From Tagaea sp. (GTDB lineage Bacteria; Pseudomonadota; Alphaproteobacteria; CACIAM-22H2): a stretch of 64,000 nucleotides of DNA. Position 1 is the stretch's first letter, and each line of letters opens with the position of its first letter. A model generated the notes under the pieces. That model was not told the DNA's origin and searched no databases. It worked only from the letters and a program-made list of their open reading frames with translations. The stretch spans positions 576,001 to 640,000 of the forward strand of contig CBDIIB010000004.1 of NCBI GenBank assembly GCA_965279525.1. The letters run 5' to 3'. The translations under genes were made by a program, and so were the position numbers. Shown here piece by piece: positions 43,068-53,500 of the stretch.

Positions 43068-45296
43068 TTGGAATCGTGGGGCCGAAGTCAGGTCCCGCGC
43101 ATTCCGGGAGTCCGCGAATTGCCCGCTAGCGCCAGTCAGATACCGCCGTCCATCGGCAGCCAACCCAGTGTCGACCCGCCTCGCGGTTCGCTTGCGCAGT
43201 GCTTCGCCCACATGATCCGGCATTTCGACCTCGCCGACGCGGCCGAGAACATGCCGGCAGCACCCGAAACGCCCGGCGCCTTCGTCGACGCCTGCGCCAA
43301 GATGGGCCTCGAGGCCGAAGCGCGCACCATCATGGTCGAGGCCGTGCCGCGCCAGCCGATGCCGGTCGTTCTGATGCTGAAAGGCGCGCAGGCCGCGATC
43401 GCGACCGAAGCGCGGCCTGAATCGCTGCGCGTGCTCGCCCCCGCCACCGGGCGCAGCGAGTGGCTCGACATGGCCGAGCTCAACGCGATGTACGCCGGGG
43501 CGGCCATCTTCGTCCAGCCGCGGCGCGAAGCCGCACAGACCGATCCTGCCGACGAGATCGAGAAGCCCAAGAGCAAGCGCTGGTTCTGGCAGGCGCTGTT
43601 CCTCGCCTGGCCTTCCTACATCCATGTCGTGCTCGGCTCGATCCTGATCAACGTGCTGGCCATGCTTGCCCCGCTCTATTCGATGACGGTCTACGACCGC
43701 GTGGTGCCCAACGCCGCGATCGAGACGCTGTGGGTGATGTCGACGGGCATCCTGCTCGTCTACGTGTTCGATTTCGCGATCCGCATGCTGCGCGGCTATT
43801 TCGTCGATTTCGCGGGCAAGCGGGTCGACGCCCTCCTCGCCTCGCGCATCTTCGACCAGGTCATCCGCATCCGGCTCGAAAGCCGCCCGTCGTCGGCCGG
43901 CGGCTTCGCCAACAACCTGCGCGAATTCGAAACACTTCGCGAGTTCTTCTCCTCGGCGACGGTCACCACGCTCGTCGATCTGCCCTTCGTCGTGATGTTC
44001 CTTGCCGGCATCTGGTTCATCGGCGGCTGGCTCGTGCTCACGCCGCTGATCGCGTTCCCGATCGTGCTGCTCGTCGGCCTCGCGATCCAGATCCCGCTCG
44101 AGCGCGTCGTCAAGCAGGCGATGGCGCTGGGTGCCGTGCGCCACGCCGTCCTCGTCGAGACCGTCGCGGGCCTCGAAACGATCAAGACTGTCGGTGCGGG
44201 CGACCGCATGCAGAACCGCTGGGAAGCCTCGGTCGAGGCGTCGGCCGGTGCCGCCGTCACGTCCAAGGTCTATTCGTCGCTCGCCATCAACTTCTCGATG
44301 CTGGCGCAGAACCTCGTGACGATGCTCATCATCATGCACGGCGTCTACCTGTTCACCGAGAACATGCTGACCACCGGCGCCCTGATCGCCTGCACGATGC
44401 TCGCCGGCCGCGCGATGGCGCCGCTGGGGCAGATCGCCGGCATCCTCACCCGCCTCAAGCAGAGCCAGGCCTCGCTCGACACGCTGGACGGGATAATGGC
44501 GCTGCCCAAGGAAGGCGACGCGCGCCGGCGCTATCTCGAGCGCGAGAACCTGACCGGCGACGTCGAATTCCGCAACGTGTCCTTCGCCTATCCTGGCCAA
44601 GGCAACGAGGTGCTGCGCAACGTGAGCTTCGCGATCCGGGCGGGCGAGCGTGTCGGCATCGTCGGTCCGATCGGCTCGGGCAAGAGCTCGATCCTGAAGC
44701 TGCTGCTCGGCCTCTATCGCGCCAAGGAAGGCCAGATCATGATCGGCGGGGCGGACATCCGCCAGCTCGATCCGGACGACCTGCGCAAACACATCGGCGC
44801 GGTTCCGCAGGACGTGATCCTGTTCGCGGGCTCCGTGCGCGACAACATCGCCGTCGGCGTGCCCTATGCCGAGGACAAGGAAATCCTCGAAGCGGCCCAG
44901 CTTGCCGGCGTGGACGAATTCGTGCGCCAGCATCCCGAAGGCTACGACTGGGCCGTCGGCGAACGCGGCGAGCGCCTTTCCGGCGGCCAGCGCCAGGCGA
45001 TCGCGATGGCCCGCGCCGTGCTCCCCCGTCCGAAGATCCTCGCGATGGACGAGCCGACGAGCGCCATGGACCAGGGCTCCGAACAGGCGATGAAGATCCG
45101 CCTCGAAGAAATGCTCGAAGGCCGCACGCTCGTGCTGGTCGCGCACCGCCCGTCGCTGCTCACGCTGGTCACGCGGCTCATCGTCGTCGACCGCGGCCGC
45201 ATCATCGCCGACGGGCCGCGCGAGAAGGTCCTCGAAGCGCTCGGCCGCCGCCGTCCGCCGGGCGGTACTTCGCGCAGCGTCGAACGGGTCGACTGA
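43068..45296 (+). CDS. type I secretion ABC transporter (LapB/LssB-like, N-terminal C39-like region)
   Basis: VYDRVVPN, DLPF, GPIGSGKS, LSGGQRQ and DEPTS motifs; start codon uncertain. Confidence 0.92.
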   Translation: MESWGRSQVPRIPGVRELPASASQIPPSIGSQPSVDPPRGSLAQCFAHMIRHFDLADAAENMPAAPETPGAFVDACAKMGLEAEARTIMVEAVPRQPMPVVLMLKGAQAAIATEARPESLRVLAPATGRSEWLDMAELNAMYAGAAIFVQPRREAAQTDPADEIEKPKSKRWFWQALFLAWPSYIHVVLGSILINVLAMLAPLYSMTVYDRVVPNAAIETLWVMSTGILLVYVFDFAIRMLRGYFVDFAGKRVDALLASRIFDQVIRIRLESRPSSAGGFANNLREFETLREFFSSATVTTLVDLPFVVMFLAGIWFIGGWLVLTPLIAFPIVLLVGLAIQIPLERVVKQAMALGAVRHAVLVETVAGLETIKTVGAGDRMQNRWEASVEASAGAAVTSKVYSSLAINFSMLAQNLVTMLIIMHGVYLFTENMLTTGALIACTMLAGRAMAPLGQIAGILTRLKQSQASLDTLDGIMALPKEGDARRRYLERENLTGDVEFRNVSFAYPGQGNEVLRNVSFAIRAGERVGIVGPIGSGKSSILKLLLGLYRAKEGQIMIGGADIRQLDPDDLRKHIGAVPQDVILFAGSVRDNIAVGVPYAEDKEILEAAQLAGVDEFVRQHPEGYDWAVGERGERLSGGQRQAIAMARAVLPRPKILAMDEPTSAMDQGSEQAMKIRLEEMLEGRTLVLVAHRPSLLTLVTRLIVVDRGRIIADGPREKVLEALGRRRPPGGTSRSVERVD

Positions 45297-46627
45297 TGGC
45301 GAACAACACCCCCGCCCTCGCCCGCCAGGCCGCGGTCCCCGATCGCCTTGCCGGCACGCGCATATCCCCGCCAGCCTGGGGCGCCCTGTTTTTCGTGCTT
45401 GTCGCCGCCTTCATGGCGGCGGCGATCCTGTGGGCCAGTGTCGGGCGCGTCGACACCTACGCGAGCGGCCTCGGCAAAGTCGTGCCGTCGCTGCAAGTCC
45501 AGCGCGTGCAGAACCTCGAAGGCGGCATCCTGAGCCAGCTTCTGGCCGGCGAAGGCGACAAGGTCGTCGAGGGCCAGATCGTCGCGCGCATCGACGACGT
45601 GGCATTCGCATCCGAGTTCCAGCAGAACCGCCAGCGCTATCTGGCCCTGTCCGCAGCCGTCGGCCGCCTGAAGGCGGAAATCTCCGGGGCACCCGCACCC
45701 GAATTCACCGACGAGACGCTGCTCGACGGCAAGGCCTTCGTCGAGGCCGAGCGCGGCCTGTTCCAGAGCCGCCGGCAGGAGCTGGAGTCCGCGCGCGACG
45801 GCCTGTCGCGCCTGCTCACCCAGCGCCAGCAGGAGCTGCGCACCTTCCAGGACCGCGAGAACTGGCTGACGCGCAGCCACGAACTTTCCAACCGGGAGCT
45901 CGAGATCGTGCGCGAAGTGGCCGAGCGCGGCTACCGTTCGCAGCTCGACCTGATCCGCCTCCAGCGCCAGTCGAACGAGATCGACGGCCAGCTTCGTGCC
46001 GCCCGCCTCGCCATCCCCGGTTCGCGCGCCGCGATCGCCGAGATCGAGGCGCGGCTGGCCGAGCGCGAACGCGCCTATCGCCGCGAGGCGTCGGTCGAGC
46101 TTGCCCAGCGCGGCTCGGAACTGGCCACCACGGCGGAGATCCTGCGCTCGATGGCCGACCGGGTGGCAAGACGCGACGTGCGCGCCCCCACGTCTGGCAC
46201 CGTCAAGCAGATCGCGCAGCGCACCATCGGCGGCGTGCTCGAGCCGGGCAGCGTCATCATGGAAATCGTGCCGAGCGAGGACGAGCTGCTCGTCGAGGCC
46301 CGGATCCGGCCGAGCGACATCGCCTTCGTGCATGTCGGCCAGACCGCGCTCGTGAAGATCACGGCTTACGACTTCTCGATCTATGGCGGCATCCACGCGA
46401 CGGTCGCCCGGATCAGCGCCGACACGATCCCGGACGAGCGCGGCGAGCCGTGGTTCATCGTGCGGGTCCGGGCCGACCGGATGAGCCTGGGCGATTCCGA
46501 GCGGCCGCTGCCGATTTCCTCGGGAATGACCGCGATGGTCGATATCGTTACTGGCCAACGGACCGTCTTGCAGTATCTTCTGAAGCCGATCCTCAAGGCG
46601 ACGGACAGGGCGCTTACCGAGCGCTGA
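45296..46627 (+). CDS. HlyD family T1SS membrane fusion protein
   Basis: GKVVPS..Q.VQNLEGG, coiled coil, IGGV, AYDFSIYG and GMTA.VDI.TG.RTVL.YLLKP motifs; TGATG coupling. Confidence 0.93.
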   Translation: MANNTPALARQAAVPDRLAGTRISPPAWGALFFVLVAAFMAAAILWASVGRVDTYASGLGKVVPSLQVQRVQNLEGGILSQLLAGEGDKVVEGQIVARIDDVAFASEFQQNRQRYLALSAAVGRLKAEISGAPAPEFTDETLLDGKAFVEAERGLFQSRRQELESARDGLSRLLTQRQQELRTFQDRENWLTRSHELSNRELEIVREVAERGYRSQLDLIRLQRQSNEIDGQLRAARLAIPGSRAAIAEIEARLAERERAYRREASVELAQRGSELATTAEILRSMADRVARRDVRAPTSGTVKQIAQRTIGGVLEPGSVIMEIVPSEDELLVEARIRPSDIAFVHVGQTALVKITAYDFSIYGGIHATVARISADTIPDERGEPWFIVRVRADRMSLGDSERPLPISSGMTAMVDIVTGQRTVLQYLLKPILKATDRALTER

Positions 46628-46676
46628 CCGGCCGCCCTTGCGGACAAGGCCAGACAACACGAACCCCGTGGGACCG

Positions 46677-47492
46677 ATGCCAGATCCGAAGAAGCCGACC
46701 GCTCGCCCCACAGCTCCGGCCCCCGCCCCGGCCTCCGCTCCCGAGAATTCCGGCCTTCCGCCGCTGTACCAGCGGGTCCGGCCGATCGAGCCGGCACGCC
46801 ACGCCGAATGGGGTATCGCCGATCTCCGCTCGTACAATTTCGCCGCCAAGTCGCGCGCGATCCCGATCACCGGGGCCGAGTTCCCGACGGCGGCACGCGA
46901 CTATCCCATCGTGTTCGTCACGAAGCCCACGCCGATGGCGGCGATCCTTGTCGGTCTCCGGCCCGACGAGAACCTGTTCGTCGACGGCAAGGGCACGTGG
47001 CGCCCGGGCAGCTACATGCCTGCCTACCTGCGCCGCTATCCCTTCCTGATCGCCCAGTCGCCCGACGGCGACCGCCTGATCCTGTGCGTCGACGAGGGCA
47101 GCGAGCTGGTTTCCGACAAGGCGCCGCTGCGCTTTTTCGAGGACGGCAAGCGCTCGAAATATCTCGACCGGATGCTCCAGCTCGGCGCCGACATCCACCG
47201 CGACCAGGTGCGTACCGCCCAGATCGTCCAGCTTCTCGAGAAGCTGGGCCTGCTGATCGAACGGCGGATCGAGGTCGGCCTGCCCGGGGGCGAGCGCATC
47301 GGCTTCCAGGGTTTCGGCGTGGTCGACGAGCGCAAGCTCAACGACCTGCCCGACGACAAGTTCCTCGAGCTGCGCCGATCGGGCGGGCTCGGGCTCGTCT
47401 ATCTCCATCTCGTGTCGTTCGCGAACCTGCGCCAGCTCGGCGATATCGCCGCCGAGCGCAAGCCGGCCCCAGAACCCACAAAGGCCGGCTAG
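46677..47492 (+). CDS. SapC family protein
   Basis: P....EF..AARDYPIVF, GL...ENLF, YMPAYLRRYPF and YLHLVS.NL pattern; start uncertain (46638 or 46677). Confidence 0.82.
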   Translation: MPDPKKPTARPTAPAPAPASAPENSGLPPLYQRVRPIEPARHAEWGIADLRSYNFAAKSRAIPITGAEFPTAARDYPIVFVTKPTPMAAILVGLRPDENLFVDGKGTWRPGSYMPAYLRRYPFLIAQSPDGDRLILCVDEGSELVSDKAPLRFFEDGKRSKYLDRMLQLGADIHRDQVRTAQIVQLLEKLGLLIERRIEVGLPGGERIGFQGFGVVDERKLNDLPDDKFLELRRSGGLGLVYLHLVSFANLRQLGDIAAERKPAPEPTKAG

Positions 47493-47507
47493 GACCGGAT
47501 CCGGCCG

Positions 47508-47528
47508 CCCGCAGCGGAGCGCTGCGGG
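47508..47528. terminator. GC hairpin between the convergent sapC-like and adhesin genes
   Basis: CCCGCAGCG-GAG-CGCTGCGGG in a 42-bp gap; no U-tract. Confidence 0.55.
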
Positions 47529-47534
47529 GCCGGC

Positions 47535-50500
47535 TCAGACCTGGTTCTGGTTGGCCGTCAGCAGCAGGTCGTCGAGGCTGTTGATCGTCGTGTTCGCCAG
47601 CAGCAGCGACCATTCCGGAGCACCCGGTGCCGCGTTGTCGACGCCGATATAGGTGCCCGCCGCCGTAGTCTCGAGCGTCAGATGCGCCGCCCAGTCGGAC
47701 GGTGCAGCATCGCCGAACAGGGCCGTGACGTCGATGCGGTCTTCCGTGTGATCGAAGCCCACCACCACGTCCGGCGTGTCGCTCGCGGCCGAAGCCATGA
47801 CGACGTCCACACCCGCACCCATCGTGACCGTGACCTGGCCGGGCGACGTGTCGTGGATTGTCGGCGCCGGTGCGATCTCGATGGTCGCGATGGCGGTCGT
47901 CGAGTAGCCGAGCGCGTCGGTGACGTAGTAGCTGAAGCTGTCGGTGCCGGAGAAACCGTTGGCGGGCACGTAGACGTAGCTGCCGTCCTCGGCGACCTGC
48001 AGGGCACCGTGGGCCGGACCGCTCGCCATGCCGAACGACAGCGCGTCGCCGTCGGGATCGAACGCGTCGAGCTGGCCGGCCGCCGAAGATCCGCCTTCGA
48101 CAGAGATATGCTCGTCGAGGGCCGTCGGCCCGTTGTTGGCGGCGACGCCGAAGCTGTAGATCTTCTCCGAGCTCGATCCGTCGATCGGATCGAACGTCTG
48201 GATCATGAAGCTGTCCTGGCCCGAGAACGTGATCGGCGGGTTGTAGGTGAACGTCCCGTCGACGTTCAGCGTCAGGCGGCCCGACGTGACCGCATCGCCG
48301 ATCGCGTAGAACTGCAGCGGGCCGTTCTCGTCCGTGGCGCTGATCTGGCCGGAGATCGGCATGCCCGAGCGCACGGCGTCGAATTCCGGCTGGTCGCCCC
48401 ACACCGTGGGTAGCGCCACCAGATTCATGTGGACCGCCGCCGTTCCGGCGTTGGAAACGACGCCGTTGGCGTCGGTGACCTGGTACTGGAACGTGTCCCA
48501 GCCCGTGTAGCCGTGGTTCGGCGTGTAGACATAGTCGCCGTTCGCGTCGATCGTGACGGTGCCGTGGGCGGCCTGCTGAGCCACGCTCCAGACCAGATCG
48601 GCCTGCGCGGTCTCGAGATCGGAACCCAGTGCCGCCAGGTTGCCGGTCAGCGGCGTGTTCATCGGCGCGTAGCCGTTGGTGCCGAGCGCATAGTCGCCCA
48701 CGACCGCAGGCGCGTAGTTGACCGCTTCGAGCGTGAACGTGATGTAGGCCGGCTGCTCGGAAACGTTGCCGTTGATGTCGACCGCGCGCAGCTCGACCTG
48801 GAACGTGCCCGACCAGTGCGCAGTCGGACGGAACACGAATTCGCCGGTATGCGTGTTGATGAGTTCGAACAGGCCGCCGCCCGCACCTTCCGTGACGATC
48901 GGATCGAGCAGGTAGTACTGCCACAGCGGTGTATCGGGATCGTACATCGGCACGGTGCCGTAGACGTACTGGTCCTGCAGGCCGGTGTAGGTGGCCGACT
49001 GGACGACCGGCTCATTGCCGATCGGGGACACACCGACCGTCGCCGTGTATTCGGCCGAAGCGCCGTGCTCGTCGGTGATCGAATAGCGGAACGTGTCGGT
49101 GCCGTACCAGTCGGGATCGGGCACGTACGCGTACTGCCCGCTGCCGAGATCGATCAGCGTGCCGTTGGCGGGATTGCCGACGATCGTGTAGTTCGCGACC
49201 GCATCGCCCTCGATGTCGGAGGCCTCGAGGACGATCCGGACCCACTGGTCCTCGACCGTGAAGAAGGTGTCGATCAGCGGACGCGGCGCGTCGTTGACCG
49301 GTGCGATGCCGATGTCGATCGTTCCGGACGTCCACGTCTGGAAGCCGTCGTTGCTGACCTGGTAGACCACATGGTCCTGGCCATTGATGTCGGGGCCCGA
49401 CACATAGGTGAACCCGGCTTCGCCGTTGATCGTGAAGGTGCCGAGTGCCGGCGCCGAGACGACGCGGTACTGCAGCGACGTGCCGTCGGGATTGAACGTC
49501 GCCCACGGCATATTGAGCGGCGTGTCCTCGAGCGTCGAGACGACCAGGTTGGCTGCCGTCGGCGTGTCGTGGACGGGTGTCACGGCCAGCGCGATGGCCT
49601 GCGTCGAGACGGCGCCATACTGGTCGACCATGCGCACGACGAAGCTGTCGGAGCCGAAGTAGTTGGCGTTCGGCGTGTAGACGAAGCGGCCGTCGGGCTC
49701 GACCGTGACGACGCCGTGCTGCGGGCCCTGCCCGTTGGCGAGGCTGACGGTGAACTGGTCGCCCTCGACGTCGCGCGCCTGGATGTTGCCGGCGAGGACC
49801 GTGTCTTCGGCGAGCGCGAACTGGGTCGCCTGCGCGTCCGGCGCGTCGTTGGTTTCGTTGATCAGGATCGCCACGGTCGCTGTCGCGGTGCCGCCGTTGC
49901 CGTCGGATACGTTGAACGTGAAGGATTCCGGCCCCATGTAGTTGAAGCTGGGCGTGTAGACGAACGTGCCGTCCGGATTGATCTGCAGGTTGCCGTGTGC
50001 CGGGCCGCCGTGGTTCGCGACCGAGAAGGTCAGCGTGTCGCCGTCGATGTCGCTGGCGACGAGCTGGCCGGTAAGCGGGACGTCCTGGCGCGACAGATAC
50101 GCGGCGACCGCCGCGACCGGCGGGTCGTTCAGGTTCGTCACGCCGATCTGCTGGACCACCGTGACCGGCGGCGATTTGCCGTCGGTGACCGTGTAGCTGA
50201 AGCTGTCGGCACCGACGAAATTGGCGGCCGGCGTATAGGTGAACGAGCCGTCGGGCTGCAGCGTCAGCGTGCCGTGTGCGGGACCCTGGCCGGGGACGAG
50301 CGTGTAGGCGAGCGTGTCGCCGTCCACGTCGGTCACCGAGAGCTGACCCGTCGTCACGTTGTCTTCGCCTGCCGCGATGGTCGCGGTTTCGCCGGCCGGC
50401 GCGTCGTTGACCGAGGCGATGCCGACCGTGATCGTCGCCGTCGACGTGCCGCCGCTGCCGTCGGAGACGGTGTAGCTGAACGTGTCGCTGCCGAAGTAGT

Positions 50501-53500
50501 TCGCACCCGGCGTGTAGGTATAGGTGCCGTCCAGGCCGATGACGACCGAACCGTGCGCCGGCGCGCCGTTGGGCGCCACGGTGAAGCTCAGCGTGTCGCC
50601 GTCGGCGTCGCTCGCGACGAGCTGGCCGACGATGGCGGTGTCCTCGTCGCCCGAAGCGGTGCCCGCGACGGCGACCGGGCCGTCATTGACCGACGCGACC
50701 GACAGCGCGACGGTGCCCGTCGCGAAACCGCCCTTGCCGTCCGACACGGTGTACGTGAACGAGTCCGAACCGTTGAAATCGGCGGTCGGCATGTAGGTGT
50801 AGGAACCGTCGAGATTCAGCGTGACGGTGCCGTGCGCCGGGCCGCCATTGTCGGCAAGCGCGTAGCTGAGGGAATCGCCGTCGGCGTCGGTCGCGGAAAG
50901 CTGGCCGGCGATCGCCGTTTCTTCCACCGTCGCCGCCGCTTCGGCCGCAGGAACCGGCGTGTCGTTGACCGACGCGACCGACAGATCGACCGAACCGGTC
51001 GCGAAGCCGCCCTTGCCGTCCGAGACGGAGTAGGTGAACGAGTCCGCGCCGAAATAGTTCGCATCCGGCGTGTAGGTGTAGGAGCCGTCGAGGTTCAGCG
51101 TGACGGTGCCGTGCGCCGGCCCGTTCTCGAGCGAATAGGCAAGCGCGTCGCCGTCGGCGTCGGTCGCCGCGAGCTGGCCCGCGATCGCCGTGTCCTCGTC
51201 GCCCGCATCCGTCGCATCCACGCCGACCGGCGTGTCGTTGACCGCACCGACCGAGACGCTGATCGTGCCGGTCGTGGTGCCGCCGTTGCCGTCCGAGACG
51301 GTGTAGGTGAAGCTGTCGGTGCCGTTGAAGTCCGCCGCCGGCGTATAGGTGTAGCTGCCGTCCGGTGCGATCGAGACCGTGCCGTTCGCAGGCCCGCCAT
51401 CCGCAGCCAGGCCGAACGTCAGCGCATCGCCTTCGATGTCGCTGGCGGCAAGCTGGCCCGTGACCGTGCCGTCTTCGGTGCCGTCGGCCGTACCACCCGT
51501 CGTGACCGGCCCGTCATTGACCGCTCCGACCGAGACGCTGATCGTGCCGGTCGCCGTGCCGCCCTTGCCGTCCGAGACGGTGTAGGTGAACGTGTCCGTG
51601 CCGTTGAAATTGGCATTCGGCGTGTAGGTGTACGAACCGTCGGCAGCGATCGAGACCGTGCCGTTCGCCGGGCCGCCATTCGCCGGGATCTCGTAGCTCA
51701 GCGTATCGCCGTCGATGTCGCTCGCGACGATCTGGCCCGTGACCGTGCCGTCCTCGCTGCCAGTCGCCGTTGCATCGGCCGTGGTCGGGCCGTCGTTCGT
51801 GCCGCCGACCGCGACCGATATCGTCCCGGTCGCCGTGCCGCCCTTGCCGTCCGATACGGTGTAGGTGAACGTGTCCGTTCCGTTGAAATTGGCGTTCGGC
51901 GTGTAGGTGTAGGAACCGTCCGGTGCGATGGACACGGTGCCGTTCGCAGGGCCGCCGTTCGCAGGAACCGAGTAGCTCAGCGTGTCGCCGTCGACGTCGC
52001 TCGCGACGATCTGGCCGGTGACCGTGCCGTCTTCCGTGCCGGAAGCCGCGCCGTTCGTCGTCGTCGGTCCGTCGTTCACGGAAGCGACTTCGAGCGCGAT
52101 CGTGCCGGTCGTCGTGCCGCCCTGGCCGTCGGAGACCGTGTAGGTGAACGAGTCCGTGCCGTTGAAGTTGGCATTCGGCGTGTAGGTATAGCTGCCGTCG
52201 GGCGCGATCGAGACCGTGCCATTCGCAGGGCCACCGTTCGCCGCCAGGCCGAAATCCAGCGCATCGCCGTCCACGTCGCTCGCGACGATCTGGCCGGCGA
52301 TCGTGCCGTCCTCGCTGCCGGCGGCCGCACCGCCCGCGGTCGTCGGTCCGTCATTGACCGCACCGACTTCGACTTCGACCGTGCCCGTCGCGAAACCGCC
52401 CTTGCCGTCCGAAACCGTGTAGGTGAACGAGTCGGTCCCGTTGAAGTTGGCGTTCGGCGTGTAGGTGTAGGAACCGTCCAGGTTCAGCGTCACCGTGCCG
52501 TTTGCAGGCACGCCATCCAGCGCGACCGAATAGCTGAGCGCGTCGCCGTCCGCATCCGTCGCTGCCAGCTGGCCGGCAACCGCATTGTCTTCGCTAGCCG
52601 CGGCCGCTCCGCCCGCCGTCTGCGGCAGATCGTTGACCGACGCCACATCGACGCTGATCGTGCCGGTCGTCGTCCCGCCCTTGCCGTCGGAGACCGTATA
52701 AGTGAACGAGTCCGCGCCGTTGAAGTTGGCGTTCGGCGTGTACGTATAGGAACCATCGGACGCGATCGAGACCGTGCCGTTGGCAGGACCGCCGTTTGCG
52801 GGGATCGCGTAGCTCAGCGTATCGCCATCAACGTCGCTCGCGACGATCTGGCCCGTGACGACGCCGTCTTCCGTGCCGCTCGCAGTACCACTCGTCGTCG
52901 TCGGGCCGTCGTTGACCGCGCCGACCGCAACCGAGATCGTGCCGGTCGCCGTTCCGCCCTTGCCGTCGGAGACGGTGTAGGTGAACGAATCAGTCCCGTT
53001 GAAGTTGGCGTTCGGCGTGTAGGTGTAGCTGCCATCGGCCGCGATCGAGACCGTACCGTTGGCCGGACCACCGTTGGCCGGAACCGAGTAGCTCAGCGTG
53101 TCGCCGTCGACGTCGCTCGCGACGATCTGGCCGGTGACCGTGCCGTCTTCAGTGCTGCTCGCCGTGCCACTCGTCGTCGTCGGGCCGTCGTTGACCGCAC
53201 CGACCGCAACCGAGATCGTGCCAGTGGTCGTTCCGCCCTTGCCGTCGGACACGGTGTAGGTGAAAGAGTCCGTGCCATTGAAATTGGCGTTCGGCGTGTA
53301 GGTGTAGCTGCCATCGGCCGCAATGCTGACCGTGCCGTTGGCCGGGCCGCCGTTCGCGGGAACCGAGTAGCTAAGCGTGTCGCCGTCGATGTCGCTCGCA
53401 ACGATCTGCCCGGTGACGATGCCGTCTTCCGTACCGGCAGCCGTGCCGCCCGTCGTCGTCGGACCGTCGTTCGTGGCGCCGACCGCAACGCTGATCGTGC

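Noticed and set aside
43460-45295. Long N-terminal extensions of ORF-track calls (1055-aa MFP; likewise 851-aa SufS and 574-aa SufU)
   Set aside because: Stop-free alternate frames overlapping real upstream genes; family motifs begin at the coupled downstream starts
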